Assembly: GCA_951406725.2 (NCBI GenBank)
Contig: OX597815.1
Span: forward strand, 23,684,001-23,748,000
DNA from: Octopus vulgaris
Lineage: Eukaryota
Reading direction: 5' to 3'
DNA length: 64,000 bases
Of the stretch, positions 12,479 to 26,371 are shown piece by piece (the first letter of the stretch is position 1; each line of letters begins with the position of its first letter). The notes below the pieces were generated by a model. The model ran no database searches. It was not told the DNA's origin and worked only from the letters and a program-made list of their open reading frames with translations. A program made the position numbers and the translations under genes.

Positions 12479-12529
12479 AGAGTTTTCTTGTGTGTATGTA
12501 AAGATGTTTTACGATATACTTCTGGTTTA

Positions 12530-12988
12530 CTATTCCGAGTTCAAATGCTGTCGAGGTCAACTCGGATTTTCATCCTTTCGGGGTCGATAAAATGAGTATT
12601 GGGCTCGATGTAATTGACTTACCTTACCAAATTGCTGGCCTTGTGCCAAACTATGAAGCTTGCTTCTCAACCATACGGTTCAGTGTTTGGTTCTACTGCG
12701 TGGCATCTTGAGCAAGTGTCTTCTACTGTAGTCTCAGACCGACCAAAGCCTTGTGAGTGGATTTGGTGGACGGACACTGAAAGAAAGTGTGTCCCACCAT
12801 CGCTTGACAGCAGGTGTCGGTATTTTTATGTTCCTGTACAATGCGGTTCGGAAAAAAGAGAGCGATAGAATAAGTATTCGGCTTTAAAAAAAGTCCTGGA
12901 GTCGACTTGTTCGACTGAAAAACTCCTTAAGACGGTGCCCCAGCATGACCACAATCAAATGACTGAAACAAGTAAAAGATAAAAGATA
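12530..12988 (+). mobile_element. Decayed SINE B (12530-12650) followed by decayed SINE A (12655-12988)
   Basis: Family motifs recognisable with many substitutions. Confidence 0.8.
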
Positions 12989-13729
12989 CACGTACATGTA
13001 CGTAAACCTACATACGTGCATGCACAAACATATATGCATATTTAGCGAATACTCAATTAAAGCTGGGATTTTTGATGGTTTAACAAGTTCTATCCCGGAC
13101 TGAAAGGTGCCTTCGCAAGTGGGACATCTATAACAATGGGACATCTATTACTACATTGGCTACATCTTCCCCTGCTGTATCTTAGTTGTTCCCTCAGTCT
13201 CCGGCAAACTTTATTCCCTCAAGTAATACGGTCAGTAGTAACATCTTTCAGATTCTCGTCTTCTCTTGCAATTCCTCAAAGCACTTTTCATTTGATACTT
13301 ACGACGCTATTTCGGCCCGGCAGCTGAGTATCGAACCATGGTGTAGCTGGTTACATACTATTCTACAAGCGGCCGACATGAAGATGACTTCATTATATGC
13401 CCCAGCAACTATAACTGGTTCTAGGTAATTATGCCTTCAATACTTTTGCAGTCGGTCTTTCTAAGGATCTCAGGGCAAGTTACAGGCCATTCTTTGAATG
13501 CGCTGTCTATGTGGAAGCACTCCAAGGACTTAATGTAACGATTATAGGCTATCGGAAGTTTGAAAATATAGAAGAAAGTGGTGATAGAGATTACTTGGCG
13601 TACACTGGAATTCCTCCACAAAGCGATCTTTGTGGGGGAATTTCTAATCTAGACCTGCATCATTGACTTCCCCTGGCCATATCAACGAAAGAGAAATTAT
13701 TGCTCCTAGTCTATGGCTATGTTATATCA

Positions 13730-14075
13730 CTGCTTGACACCTTTGCACCATATGATGCATGTTTTCAGCAGATCCATATTCACATTGTTGGGCCACAGTC
13801 TCCTTACTAGTTATGCATACTTTCTGAACTGCAGCTACCGATTCAACAGGTGGTTGTTAAGGCTCCGATTCAACACTGGATTGCACCATTTCGCACGTCT
13901 GTTACAGACAGTGGACATCAGTTTGAATTTTATCTCGTCGACGAATCGACACACCTCCTGGGTTGCAAACTGGCCAACTCGATGGCTTACTAACCCAGAG
14001 GCCAATGGCATGACATAACGATTCCTTCAGCAGTTGAAATCAGCCTTCAAAGCATGCGTTGATAACAACAAATAT
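13730..14075 (+). pseudogene. Ty3/Gypsy integrase remnant
   Basis: Frameshifted HIHIVGP...DRF-like...TDSGHQFE...LLGCK...PEANGM..RF..QLKSAFKA, matching the integrase core consensus. Confidence 0.75.
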
Positions 14076-14087
14076 ATAGAATACTTG

Positions 14088-14431
14088 GATCTTTTCGGTT
14101 TGAACGGCAGTTTTTTCTAGCGGTTTCATATGAAATTGTCACCCATAATTAGGACCCTAGTATCGATTTATTGCATTTCAATCTGTTTTAGGGTTAGGGC
14201 TAGGGGTGGGGGGGAAGGGTATTTTTTTTTCTTCAGAAATGTAAATAAACCCAATTTGTTTCTTAAACGAGGGACATATTCATACGGCACAGAATGTTTT
14301 CACCTCAATAGACAGTCATTGATTGGTTGAAATTGCCGAAATGCAAGAAATTAAAGACCAAATATCTTACAAACTATAGAATTTTCTCAATAAAGCCAAG
14401 AGAAAAAGATGTTTTATAAACACATTCTACC
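14088..14431 (+). mobile_element. MITE family D, 3'-truncated
   Basis: Left TIR and body match the 3161 copy. Confidence 0.88.
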
Positions 14432-14569
14432 CTACTCTACTGTGTAGTCAACAAAATCCAAAACAATGCGCATGCACGAAATAAAAATATAAAATTGTGA
14501 CAATTTACCCATAGCACCCTGTATATATACATATATACAAGTATATATTATATATATATATATATATTT

Positions 14570-14766
14570 ATTTATTTTATAGAAGGAGTTTATAGGACTA
14601 GAACTGTTTCATTCAAAAGAAATCATCAGGAAGCTTCCTGATGATTTCTTTTGAATGAAACAGTTCTAGTCCTGTAGAAGCTCCTTCTATAAAATAAATT
14701 AATTTACTCTGCTATGTATTGAGTACCTTATTTACTGTGGTTAACCCCGACTCAACCCGGGAACTA

Positions 14767-14770
<4 letters not shown>
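14570..14770 (+). mobile_element. Penelope-type fold-back remnant within (TA)n
   Basis: Perfect 80-bp palindrome at 14594-14673, imperfect arms over 14570-14699, asymmetric tail to (TA)n. Confidence 0.7.
14632..14682 (+). ncRNA. Type I hammerhead ribozyme
   Basis: AGCTTC-CTGATGA-T.TTC.tttt.GAA.T-GAAA-CAG.ttctagtc.CTG-TA-GAAGCT. 6-bp stem I, 4-bp stem III, GUA triplet, U-U at the base of stem II. Confidence 0.75.
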
Positions 14771-15115
<345 letters not shown>

Positions 15116-15242
15116 AATGAATGTAGGTAGTGAAAGAGAGGGTTGCTAGGGTTTCCTCTGCGAGAAGCAATAAAATTTTTGACTTCCACGCTTTTCTGAA
15201 GATGTGTAATTGAAACTTGAAATCGAGTCGCAGCCAGCAATG

Positions 15243-15274
<32 letters not shown>

Positions 15275-15557
15275 CTCTCTCTCTCTCTCTCTCTCCCTAG
15301 CTTTCTCTCTCTGTCTTTCTTTTTCTCCGTCTACCTCCCTTCTTTTCTCTCGAGTCTCTCTCTCTCTCTCCAACTTCACACAGTTACGTGCGTACACATG
15401 CATAAAATATAAACAGACGAACAGATACGCATGCGCGCGGGCACACTCATACACATACACGCATATACTAACTCGTATATATTCCTATTTGATTCCACAT
15501 ACATATATGCCACACACACATACTCACACAGAAAGATGAATGAGTAAGTGAGTTAGG

Positions 15558-15614
<57 letters not shown>

Positions 15615-15617
15615 TGT

Positions 15618-15653
<36 letters not shown>

Positions 15654-15814
15654 TTATACATACATATAGATCTGCTTTGTACGGGCACAGGCATTGCACA
15701 GCTACTTTTATGGTAAGGAGAGAGGGTGGGCTTGAATGTTAATGTTAGCATGCAGTGAAGATAGTCGAAATATTTACTAAATTTGTTTAAATGTAAATTT
15801 AATATTGGTTTAAT

Positions 15815-16012
15815 GTTTTGGTACAAGGTCCGCAATTTTGGAAGAGAACGTAAGACGATTACATCGGCCCCTGCTCTCAACTGGTGCTTATTTTATCGAC
15901 CCCGAAAGGATGAAAAGGAAAGTTGACCTCAGCGGAATTTGAACTCAGAGCGTAAAGACGGATGAAATGCTGCTAAGCATTTTGTCTGGTGTGCTGCTGA
16001 TCCTGCCAACTT
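15815..16012 (-). mobile_element. SINE family B monomer
   Basis: atcgaccccgaaaggatgaaa...ggaatttgaactcag. Confidence 0.85.
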
Positions 16013-16019
16013 GACTGAA

Positions 16020-18270
16020 AACATATCTAAAATTGCTTTGCTTAAAGAAAATGTTTGTTCAACAGTTGCACATGTGATCGGAATTACCAATAAAAGTTGA
16101 GAAAGTTTGCAGTTCTCTGAATTCAGATGCTTCCAGTCAGTTTTCAGATAGTCATCTGTGTCAAAAAAAAAAAAAAAAGGCTAAAAGAAGAAAAAACAAT
16201 AAGAACAATAACAGGGCTTTCTCATAGAAACTTCAAAAACCAGGAATACTGCCGGCATATATTCTTTTGGCAATATCAATGCCATCCTTTCATAACATTG
16301 GTTTTTGAGGGTGTGATCTCTGTTTTTGAAGCCATGTCTTCAGCCTGGAATATATCTTTTAGCATTCTTGAACAAAGTATTTTGTAAACAGGAGAGGCTA
16401 TTGTATCAATGACCTCAAAATACGCATGCATGTCTGTATTGGTCTCCAGCTCTCGACAGAAATGTAACTTCCCCAATTTACATTTCAGGTTTCTATGGAC
16501 CTTGGTTCTGAGAGAAAATGATTATGTCTCTGCCTTCTGCACTGTATCATCATTGATAGCATCAAATGAATTTACTCAGGGCTGTCTTAGCAGCATTATA
16601 AACCCCCGAGAAAATCAATACACTGGTCCCTCTAGTGTGTATTTATTGGTTTCAAATTTTGGCACAAGGCCAGAAATTTCGAGCGGGTAAGTCGATTACA
16701 TTGACCCCAGTGCCCAACTGATACTTATCAACCCTCGAAAGGGTGAAAGGCAAAGTCGACCACGGCGGTATTTGAACTCAAAACGTAAAATCGGAAGAAA
16801 TACTGTAATGCATTTTGTCTGACGCAGTAACGATTCTATCAGAATTGGTGCTCTAGATCCTTGAGGCTCCCGAGCAACTGCCCAGTGTGTTTGTGCCTTA
16901 AGACAACACTGAATTTATCTATCTCGAATTTTTAAAGTCTTGTCTAACAATTTCATCTATTACTGTTTTAACTGTTTGTAATGACTTAGATATATTATTT
17001 GTAAGTACCTGACCAAGTCGAGATTTAGCCCAAACGAGAAATTGTTGCATGTTGAGCTTGGCACTCAACATACAGCCCTGAATATCAGCATCCATTTGCG
17101 ACTAGATATTCTTGCTACACACGAAGAGGGCTGCATAATTATCATGATTTCGTCGGAAGTAAATAGCATATACTGTACATCTTATAGTACACAAAATTAA
17201 GGTACGGCAAAGCACAATTTCTATTCTTTTATCCATTTTATCTCACCAAATGAATTTTTCTTCTTTGATGAGAATAACGATCGTGTTGTTATGCATAAGA
17301 TACTGCAGCATCTTACATTGCATTTATTTCCTTCATACCCAAACTTAAAGAGTACGTTTGACAATTTATTGTTAAAACCTTTGATTGTAGTTCTGCCAAA
17401 CGCTTGGCTACTCCATATCTTTTTGCCAAGCAGCATGCTGTTCACTGAGTGAAAGTATATTTTTTCTATAGTTGGATAAATGTAATTGCAGTCATGTGAA
17501 TACGTCTGTGATAACTGAAAATGATGTTGAAGATTTTATCTGTCAACTAATAAAAATCCAGAAACCCAAAGAGTTTGTTAATGGAACGAATACTTAATGT
17601 AAGTTGTTCTTTGATGAATTCTTGGGAATATATTCATATGTAATAATCGAAGACACGTCTGTCTCTACTTCAGCAAGTAAATCTCTCATAACGAAGTCAG
17701 CCATTATATAACAGAATAAATTTTGTATGTAATGGTTAAAGTATTTGTCAGTCCCGGTTTTCTTTAATCACCCTAGAAGACCAAAACTACCCATCTCTTT
17801 CAATCATACTAAATTAAACGAACTAAATGATTCTTCAACATCTTGCAAAGGAAGTATGAACACTTAGTAATTGTTATTATGCATTTATGATATTTTTGCG
17901 TATATATTTTTTGGAGTTTCATCCTATAATTCTCAAGTGTTATTACATTTAAGAATCAGAAAATCCAGTTCGATAGAAGCGTGGTGACATTCAGGTAATC
18001 GATATTCCATAAAGAGTTGAAGAGTACTGTTTTAAAATTACGAAATCGTTCTGTTAAATACGCACTTCCTTTATAACATACTGTTGTTTTGAATTTTTAC
18101 AATACATTGTACTGAAAATAACAATACGCACAGCCGTAGGTTTAGTCATGGAGAAATAAGTGAACCAAACTGATCGAAAAGAACGTTTTGGTTTGCCAAA
18201 TACCCACCTGTGAAAATTGAAATTCATCGGTTGATTTGGACGAGAAATAACGCAAACTTGGGGCATGTTT
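16020..18270 (-). pseudogene. Nearly full-length decayed hAT transposase (ZMYM1-like, TTF zinc finger)
   Basis: Ordered motifs on the - strand: PNQP..F...FGK.KRSF...WF (TTF-like), IQN....IMA..V.R, KEQL..SIR, GVAKRLAEL..K....NC..YSLSL, LC.IR.TV...DNYAAL, FGLNL...NISKSLQ, YFEVIDTI, KLSQLLLVIPITCATVEQTFS (dimerisation domain). Confidence 0.85.
16577..16911. mobile_element. hAT-type MITE containing a SINE B (about 16645-16845, -)
   Basis: TIR cagggctgtctta / taagacaacactg, imperfect 8-bp TSD aatttact/aatttatc. Confidence 0.65.
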
Positions 18271-19865
18271 CGTTGGTTGATTGAGCTGACGGTGATAAGG
18301 ACAATGAAGTCGAAACTACTGTAACTAGAAGTCTCTTGTTGCGCTTAGAATTGTGCAGCACGGTTTGACTCAGTATCCAATGAATAAGAACTATTAGGAT
18401 CTATTGATTTTGTTTGAAAAAAAATTTAATTTAGCATCGTTTATTGTTTGCTATCGTTGAGAATACATTGTTTAATAATCTTATTAAACACCTTTGAAAT
18501 ATTTTCTTAGCATATATTCGACTTTTCACAGTATTAACTTGACAAAGATTTTAACCTGTTCAAATCTATATCCTATACAAACTCATAAATATCTGATATA
18601 AGAGTAATTTAGAATAGACAGGTGGATAACAGGTCCATGTCCCGATACACGCGACAGGAACACCCAGAATGTCATATACCACACTCAGATGATTTTTGAT
18701 CAGAACAATATATTTACTGAATATTTTAGGCATGTTGAACCTATCCATCTATAATTAAGGTTCGTAACAAGTCATTCACTTGCAAGTTTGATATGCTGCA
18801 TAAAAACTTACATAATTTAACCACGAAATGGTAACTTTTCAGAAATTCTGAGTATCACCTGTATATTTTTGTATGTATAAAGAAATAATTCATGTCGGGA
18901 GGGTTAATTGATAACATAAAATAAATAGTAAATCCCATTAGGAATCAAAATCAACTATTTATAAAGCAAAGTAATTAACTGCTTAATAAAGCAGTAGAAT
19001 CCGAGAAAACTAATGATGTTCTGTGTTGACGAAAAATAATCTCTGTATAAATTAGCTGGAAGGTTATATTGATTTTGGCAGTACTTCTTTTCATTCAACA
19101 CTTCGTGAAGGCTGGCTTAAGATAGTTTTTCGTGCTTCAACTTCACTGGCACTTGTTCATATACTCTGCTATGTTTTCTTAGTAGAAAAATTCTAACCGT
19201 ATAAAAACGAAATTTGCAAGGGTCGTTGTTCTTCACTTAACAAATTTCAGATGCAGAGAACAATGCTTATAACAAAGATAATTTGCGTAGGTGGACATTA
19301 TAAAGTAAAAGTAAATTAAAAAAATGGATGAAAGTTTAATTTAACAGAGAATCCATTATCTTCGCTCCTTCAACTGGGTATAACACACAACTTTTTAACC
19401 TCATAGCCATCCGATGGAAAAAAAAATATTCTGTCTCCTTCTGGCAAAAGTAAGATGATCAAAAATCATGTCGACAGAGTCGGTTGATTGCTAGATGCGT
19501 TTCATTTAAAAGCTGTACAAGTCAGCAATGCTAACTCGTATCTCGGCAGGATCTGCTGATGGCATTCCCTCACCTGTAGAGTTAGTCTCGAACTAGTCAA
19601 TTTATGTATATATGCTCGAATCAAGGTGGAAACCCGTACAAGCAGCTTTTATCTCCAGAAAAAAAAACAACAACAACAACCATTTTCCTTAATGGTACGT
19701 GTTCTGAAGAATTCTTAATTCTTGAAATTACCTCCCCTTTTCATTCAAAATCACCCGCAACTATCATCGTATGTTTGTTTAACATTTCTCCAACTCAAGA
19801 TAATTTCAATAAAATCAAGACTTAATATTGTATGATATTTTTTATAATTTTAATATATATATATA

Positions 19866-20590
19866 TAGGGAAAGTTTACGAAAAAAAACAAAAGACGAAG
19901 ACAGGTGGTGTACAAAACAAACAGATGTATTAGTATAACGCTCGGGAATAGAAAAAGTCTTTTACGTTTCGAGCCTACGCTCTTCTACAGAAAGGGACAC
20001 AGAAAAAAACAAGGAGAGAAAAAAATGTGTGTAGTGGCTAACGATCTATCATGGCGACTAGTGCCGGACAGAGGGGTCAGACAGGAGGAGGAAAGTAGGG
20101 GAGGTAACAAGGTAAAAATGACCCCCAACACAGAGGAGCACTCAACACAAAGGTGTGTGTGTGTGTATAAGAGAGTGTGTATGTGCGTGTGAAAGAGGGC
20201 TGGTGATCTGGACGTGTGTGTGTATGTATGTGTAGGTGTGAAGATGTGGGGATGGGTGTGTGTGTGGTGTGTGGTGATGTGATGTGTAATGTCGTATGGT
20301 GTAGTGTGGTGTGATGTTGTGGGGAGGTGGGGGAGGCGAGAGTGGGGAAAGCACGGGTGGAGTGTGGGTTCGGCTGGGGTTGGGGTAGAGTGGGGGTTGT
20401 GGGTAGGCAGAGGGTGGGGTTAGAGGAGGGGTGTGGTATAGGATGGGGGATGGAGGATGGGAAGGATAGGGAAGGTGGAGTAGGGGTGGTGGGTTTATGG
20501 GGGAGGGGAAGGTGGGTATGTGAGGAGAGAAGAGAGAAAGAGAGGGTGAAAGAGTAGGAGAGAAGAGAGAAGATTTGTTTCCAGATTGCA
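19866..20590 (-). mobile_element. Penelope-type terminal repeat with low-complexity upstream region
   Basis: 19866-20052 is near-identical (inverted) to 55640-55839, ends at a (TA)n tract and contains a hammerhead motif. Confidence 0.7.
19959..19994 (-). ncRNA. Minimal hammerhead motif with CUGUAGA core
   Basis: cttt-CTGTAGA-A-GAGC.gtag.GCTC-GAAA-CG-TA-aaag. Confidence 0.6.
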
Positions 20591-20599
20591 ATCTTTTCC

Positions 20600-21045
20600 A
20601 GGGGTGAAATGATTAAAGAAGACTATTCATGGAAGATGGGGCTTCTTGTCACGCGGTTAAAATGACCCAAGATTTGTTGGATGAGAGTGGCATTAAAAAA
20701 GCTTCCATGACCAAACCAATCGCCAGATATGAACCTTATTGAACACCTCTCTGACATAATGGACAGGACACTTCGTAAAAAGATCAAGAAAGCATCCTCA
20801 AAGCCAGATCTTTTGAGATTACTGCATGAAACTTGGCAAGAAATTCTGCAAGAAAATATTCGTCATCTGATCAGTAACATGCCTAATAGCGTCCTTGCAT
20901 TGAAAAATGTAAATGGCATGTCTACTAAATATTAAATATTCACATTATATCAATTAATAAATAATTTGAATGTATAATTTCAGATTTAAATAAATTTTAA
21001 TGATTATAAGGATGTCTATTTACTTCTGTCATGTCTGTGTATATA
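20600..21045 (+). pseudogene. Tc1-like transposase C-terminal remnant
   Basis: FMEDGASCH...P*PNQSPDMNLIEHL...GMSTKY* motifs. Confidence 0.8.
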
Positions 21046-21524
21046 AGTTTCAGTCGCAATGTTATAAATTAAAGTACAGTTTTTTTTTCTTTCTACTTGT
21101 TTTAATGTAAATAAATCCATATCATTGATGTTAACAAAGTGCCATTTGCACATGTTAAATCTCACGCTACGCACGTTCTGTTTAAACTTCCCCATCCATT
21201 CTTTTTGCCCCCTGCTATTGTGCAGTTGCACTTCCTGTTGCCTCATTGTCCTTACACACACAAAACCTCCATGAATTGTTTAAATCTCTCAAACACCTGA
21301 CGTTTGCTTTGGTACCAAAATTTTAAATAAAATTTGCGTATAGTATCAAGGCAATTCACAATTAATGTCACATGAGTTGCAGCAGAACAAAATAAAATTC
21401 TCAGTCAGCCAATTCAAACGACATGGTTTCGCTTCCTGCTTCTTTCTAAATCACTTCACTTCTACAATTAATGTCTCTCAGAAAGGCATGAACACCACAT
21501 AATCTTGTACTCTTCGTGTATATT

Positions 21525-21618
21525 TTATCTTTTAACTTTTACTTGTTTCTGTCATTTGACTAAGGTTATGCTGGGGGCACCGTTTGGAAGGGCTTTAGTC
21601 GAACAAATCGACCGTAGG

Positions 21619-21659
<41 letters not shown>

Positions 21660-21870
21660 TATGTTTGAGTTTTGCTTTATATTTGTACAAGTTGGCTCCA
21701 AGTCTCACCCAGAGACCTCAAGAGACAACTGGTTGGAAGTTCATGTGCCATATATTTGGGGGGTAGCTTTTGGTGTTGTACTAATGAATGTCTAAAAAAA
21801 AAAAAATTTTTTTTTTTTTTTAAACCGAAAATTATGTTTGTTTTAAACCTTGAGATTACATAGAAAGTAT

Positions 21871-21937
<67 letters not shown>

Positions 21938-22232
21938 TTGAAGCCTAATACTTATTCTATCGGTCTTTTGCCGAACCGCTAAGCTACGGGGACGTTAACA
22001 CACCACCACCAGTTGTCAATCAGTGGTGTGGGGGACAAAAGCAGACACAGAAACACACACACACACACACACACACATATGTATACGTGACGGGCTTCTT
22101 TCAGTCTCCGTCTTCCAAATCCACTTTGGTCGGCTCGAAGCTGAAGTAGAAGACACTTGCCCAAGGTGTCACGCAGTGGGACTGAACCCGGAACCATGTG
22201 GTTGAGAAGCAGGCTTCCTACCATACAGCCAC
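21525..22232 (-). mobile_element. SINE family A interrupted by (TTA)n and a LINE 3' end (21658-21875)
   Basis: SINE halves at 21525-21620 and 21938-22232. The insert has an RLE-LINE-like terminus (KILSM* plus UTR) between two (TTA)n tracts. Confidence 0.75.
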
Positions 22233-22239
22233 AAAGGGT

Positions 22240-22452
22240 GATCATAAAATCTGGATGAACGAATGTGCTCAAATTGACAGGAATGTAGAGTTACTGCATC
22301 GGGTTCATACGAATCTCGCAAAGCGCATCGAAGTTTGCATCACTAATGGCGGAAACCATGTTGAAAATGCTATCCATTAATGTAGAAGACGAGCAAATTT
22401 ATTAAAAATACGCATTTCACCTGTGTTCAGACTTTACGAAATTGGTCACATA
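22240..22452 (+). pseudogene. Tc1/mariner-superfamily transposase C-terminal remnant
   Basis: RIEVCITNGGNHVE* end motif followed by TIR-like tgttcagacttta. Confidence 0.55.
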
Positions 22453-22592
22453 CTGGTAGAAATAACAATGTTTAATTTTTTAATCTTATTAAGCATCGTG
22501 TTTAAGATAAATACAGTTAGGTTTATGTCCAAGTGTTTCTCAAAGTGTCAGGTTCGATTGATGGAGAATTGAATGAATTATTTAAATAATTA

Positions 22593-23062
<470 letters not shown>

Positions 23063-23903
23063 AAAAGGGAAAGAAAGAGAGAATATGAATACGGTATGAG
23101 AATATGAATGAGTTTTAAGGGTTAGAAACGATGCATATTGACATCGATTGCCAGACCTTATTAGCATCCATTAAACCGTGGGTATATAATTTGGGGCAGA
23201 TTTATTTGCATATTTCTAGCTTTAGAAAAGCCTATGGATGTAATCTTTACATTCGTGACCATATATATTTTGTATATCATCCACTACTTTCTTTCATGTA
23301 TCTTCCCGTTTTTAAAGCGGTAGAATTTGATTTGAGAGAGCATTGGCGGCCTTTTCTACCAGGACCAACAGCCCCGAAGAAACTCCTAAATTGTTGTTGT
23401 TTTTGCTTAGACCCATGTTAGAGGTGACCTTCATGTCTTTGTGTATACACACAGACACACTCGTACATACATGTGTACACACTTACATGCGTACACACAC
23501 ACATATATGCACACACACTCACAAACACACACACACACACATGCATGTACGCGCTCACAAACGAACGAAGACATTTGTTGTAACGAACGAGGGAATAATA
23601 TTCAATACAAACGTTAGCGATTATTAAAATTATTTGGCTGGAAGTCATTAGTAGTCATTCTGAAGTTTCCAATTCTTCAGACGATAGCCATCGTTGAACA
23701 AAAACAACGATACATATAACTATGAGATGGTAGAAGAATACACACTTCCCATTGGTCAAACGGGCCTCGCGTTCAAAACATTTAAAATCTAGCATGGTTC
23801 AGCAAAAATTTCTTCTAAGTATTAGAACCGGGAAAGTAAATCATAGGTTACAGTCAGGTAAATTATATAAGTAAATGTTGTGAATATAATATAATATAAT
23901 ATA

Positions 23904-24309
23904 ACTCTTTTACTCTTTTACTTGTTTCAGTCATTTGACTTCGGCCATGCTGGAGCACCGCCTTTAGTCGAGCAACTCGACCCCGGGACTTATTCTTTTG
24001 TAAGCCCAGTACTTATTCTATTGGTCTCTTTTGCCGAACCGCTAAGTAACAGGGACGTAAACACACCAACATCGGTTGTCAAGCAATGCTAGGGGGACAA
24101 ACACAGACACACAAACACACACACGCATATATATATATACATATATACGACGGGCTTCTTTCAGTTTCCGTCTACCAAATCCACTCATAAGGCTTTGGTC
24201 GGCCCGAGGCTATAGTAGAAGACACTTGCCCAAGGTGCCACGCAGTGGGACTGAACCCGGAACCATGTGGTTGGTAAACAAGCTACTTACCACACAGCCA
24301 CTCCTGCGC
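23904..24309 (-). mobile_element. SINE family A inserted in (TAATA)n
   Basis: Full motif set, aatataatataat on both sides. Confidence 0.92.
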
Positions 24310-25272
24310 AATATAATATAATATAATGCAAGCACATACACACCACACACACACAAACACACACACACATACACACACACACACACATACGAGAGAGAGT
24401 TATAAAGTGCTATATAACGTTATTAGGTACAGAATTACGTTTGAGAGTTTGCAGTCAAGAAGCAAAAATTTTCCACTATAATGATCCCTGGGATTCGTGA
24501 TATAAGCTTCAGCGCAAATACCGGTATATGAATAATTCGTCTCTGAAGTGGAGTACCGGAAACGGACTCATCACCATCTCTTCACAATGCTCTAAAACGC
24601 AGCTTGCAAGGCGGGTTTAAAGGTTTGAATTTCAAGTGTTTGGATATTTCGATGCAAGTGTTCTTGTGTATTCGCAACCCGTATTCGCTCCCGTAATTGA
24701 TAATTATGTTTCATTTGGAATACTACGCATACAGCTCGTGAGTTCAATTGCGTGTTTCACGGGGTTTTATTGTGAAGATAAGGAATGAGTGAGACACTTT
24801 CAATATTGCAACCTCGTACATTCATTGTTCAAGCATGAACATTCATACCTGAAGTGTCAAAACTAATTTTAACGAACAGAATAAGGCAGCTTAAGAACGG
24901 ATTTTATAGCGATAAGTACTTGGATGCTGAAACCTGACCTGGTTGTTAACAAAATATTCTGCCAGTTAATTAAATTGAGCAGCTGTAAATCCCAGTTTAA
25001 GGTTTCAAAAATACAACCTGCGATTTCCATTTGAATTTTAAGTTAAATGTTATTTGTAACTACTTCATCAAGGTCAAATGTAGGAAGAACCTAATCCATT
25101 TGTGTGTAAGCTAGTTCACTTAGTAAGATGTTACATGCAATAACTTTCAAAACCTCTGGCTGTAGCTGCATTGCTGAATCCACAGGGTAAAGTTCGTAAC
25201 AGTATATGAAAAGAATTCTACCCAAATGTATGTATGAATGCATGTACATATTAAACAACTGTGCATGTATAT

Positions 25273-25692
25273 ACTCTTTACTCTTTTACTCTTTTTACTT
25301 GTTTCAGTCATTTGACTGCGGCCATGCTGGAGCACCGCCTTTAGTCGAGCAAATCGACCCCGGGACTTATTCTTTGTAAGCCCAGTACTTATTCTATCGG
25401 TCTCTTTTGCCGAACCGCTAAGTGACGGGGACGTAAACACACCAGCATCTGTTGTCAAGCAATGCTAAGGGAACAAACACAGACACACATAAACACAGAC
25501 ACACACACACACACACACACATACACATATATATATATACACATATACGACGGGCTTCTTTCAGTTTCCGTCTCACAAGGCATTGGTCGGCCCGGGGCTA
25601 TAGCAGAAGACACTTGCCCAAGATGCCACGCAGTGGGACTGAACTCGGAACCATGTGGTTGGTTAGCAAGCTACTTACCACACAGCCACTGC
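25273..25692 (-). mobile_element. SINE family A
   Basis: Full motif set with a small internal deletion. Confidence 0.92.
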
Positions 25693-25719
25693 TGTATATA
25701 TGTATTTATTTATTATAAA

Positions 25720-25830
25720 AACCTTTCTACTGGAGGTACAAGACCTAAAATTTGTGGGGAGAGGACTAGTCGTTTACATCGACTCCAGTGTTTTACTGGT
25801 ACTTAATTTATCGACCCGAAAGGATGAAAG
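25720..25830 (-). mobile_element. SINE family B 3' fragment
   Basis: actggtacttaatttatcgacccgaaaggatgaaag. Confidence 0.75.
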
Positions 25831-25939
25831 CCACAAAAAAACTTTTGAAATACCGCTACCCAGGGTTTCCTGTCCGAAATATTAATTAATTTTGTCATTT
25901 ATCAAGTATTATATTTCTTGCTGAAATCTTACCACACAC

Positions 25940-26336
25940 ATGTATGTATGTATGTATGTATGTATGTATGTATGTATGTATGTATGTATGTATGTATGTA
26001 TGTATGCATGCATGTATGCATGCATGTATGTATGTATGTATGTATGTATGTATGTATGTATGTATGCATGCATGTATGCATGTATGTATGTGTGTATGTA
26101 TGTATGTATGTATGTATACATGCATGCATGTATGTATGTATGTATGTATGTATGTATGCATGCATGTATGTATGTATGTATGTATGTATGCATGCATGCA
26201 TGTATGTATGTATGTATGTATGCATGTATGTATGTATGTATGTATGTATGTATGTATGTATGTATGTATGCATGTATGTATGTATGCATGTATGTATGTA
26301 TGTGTGTATGTATGTATGTATGTATGTATGTATGTA

Positions 26337-26371
<35 letters not shown>

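Noticed and set aside
18054-18266. VFGKPKRSFR read as a GIY-YIG motif
   Set aside because: It fits the TTF-type zinc finger at the start of the colinear hAT transposase better.
18292-18323. Hammerhead-like gtgataag-gac..gtc-gaaac..gta
   Set aside because: The core is broken, there is no stem I, and it lies antisense to the hAT 5' region. Likely chance.
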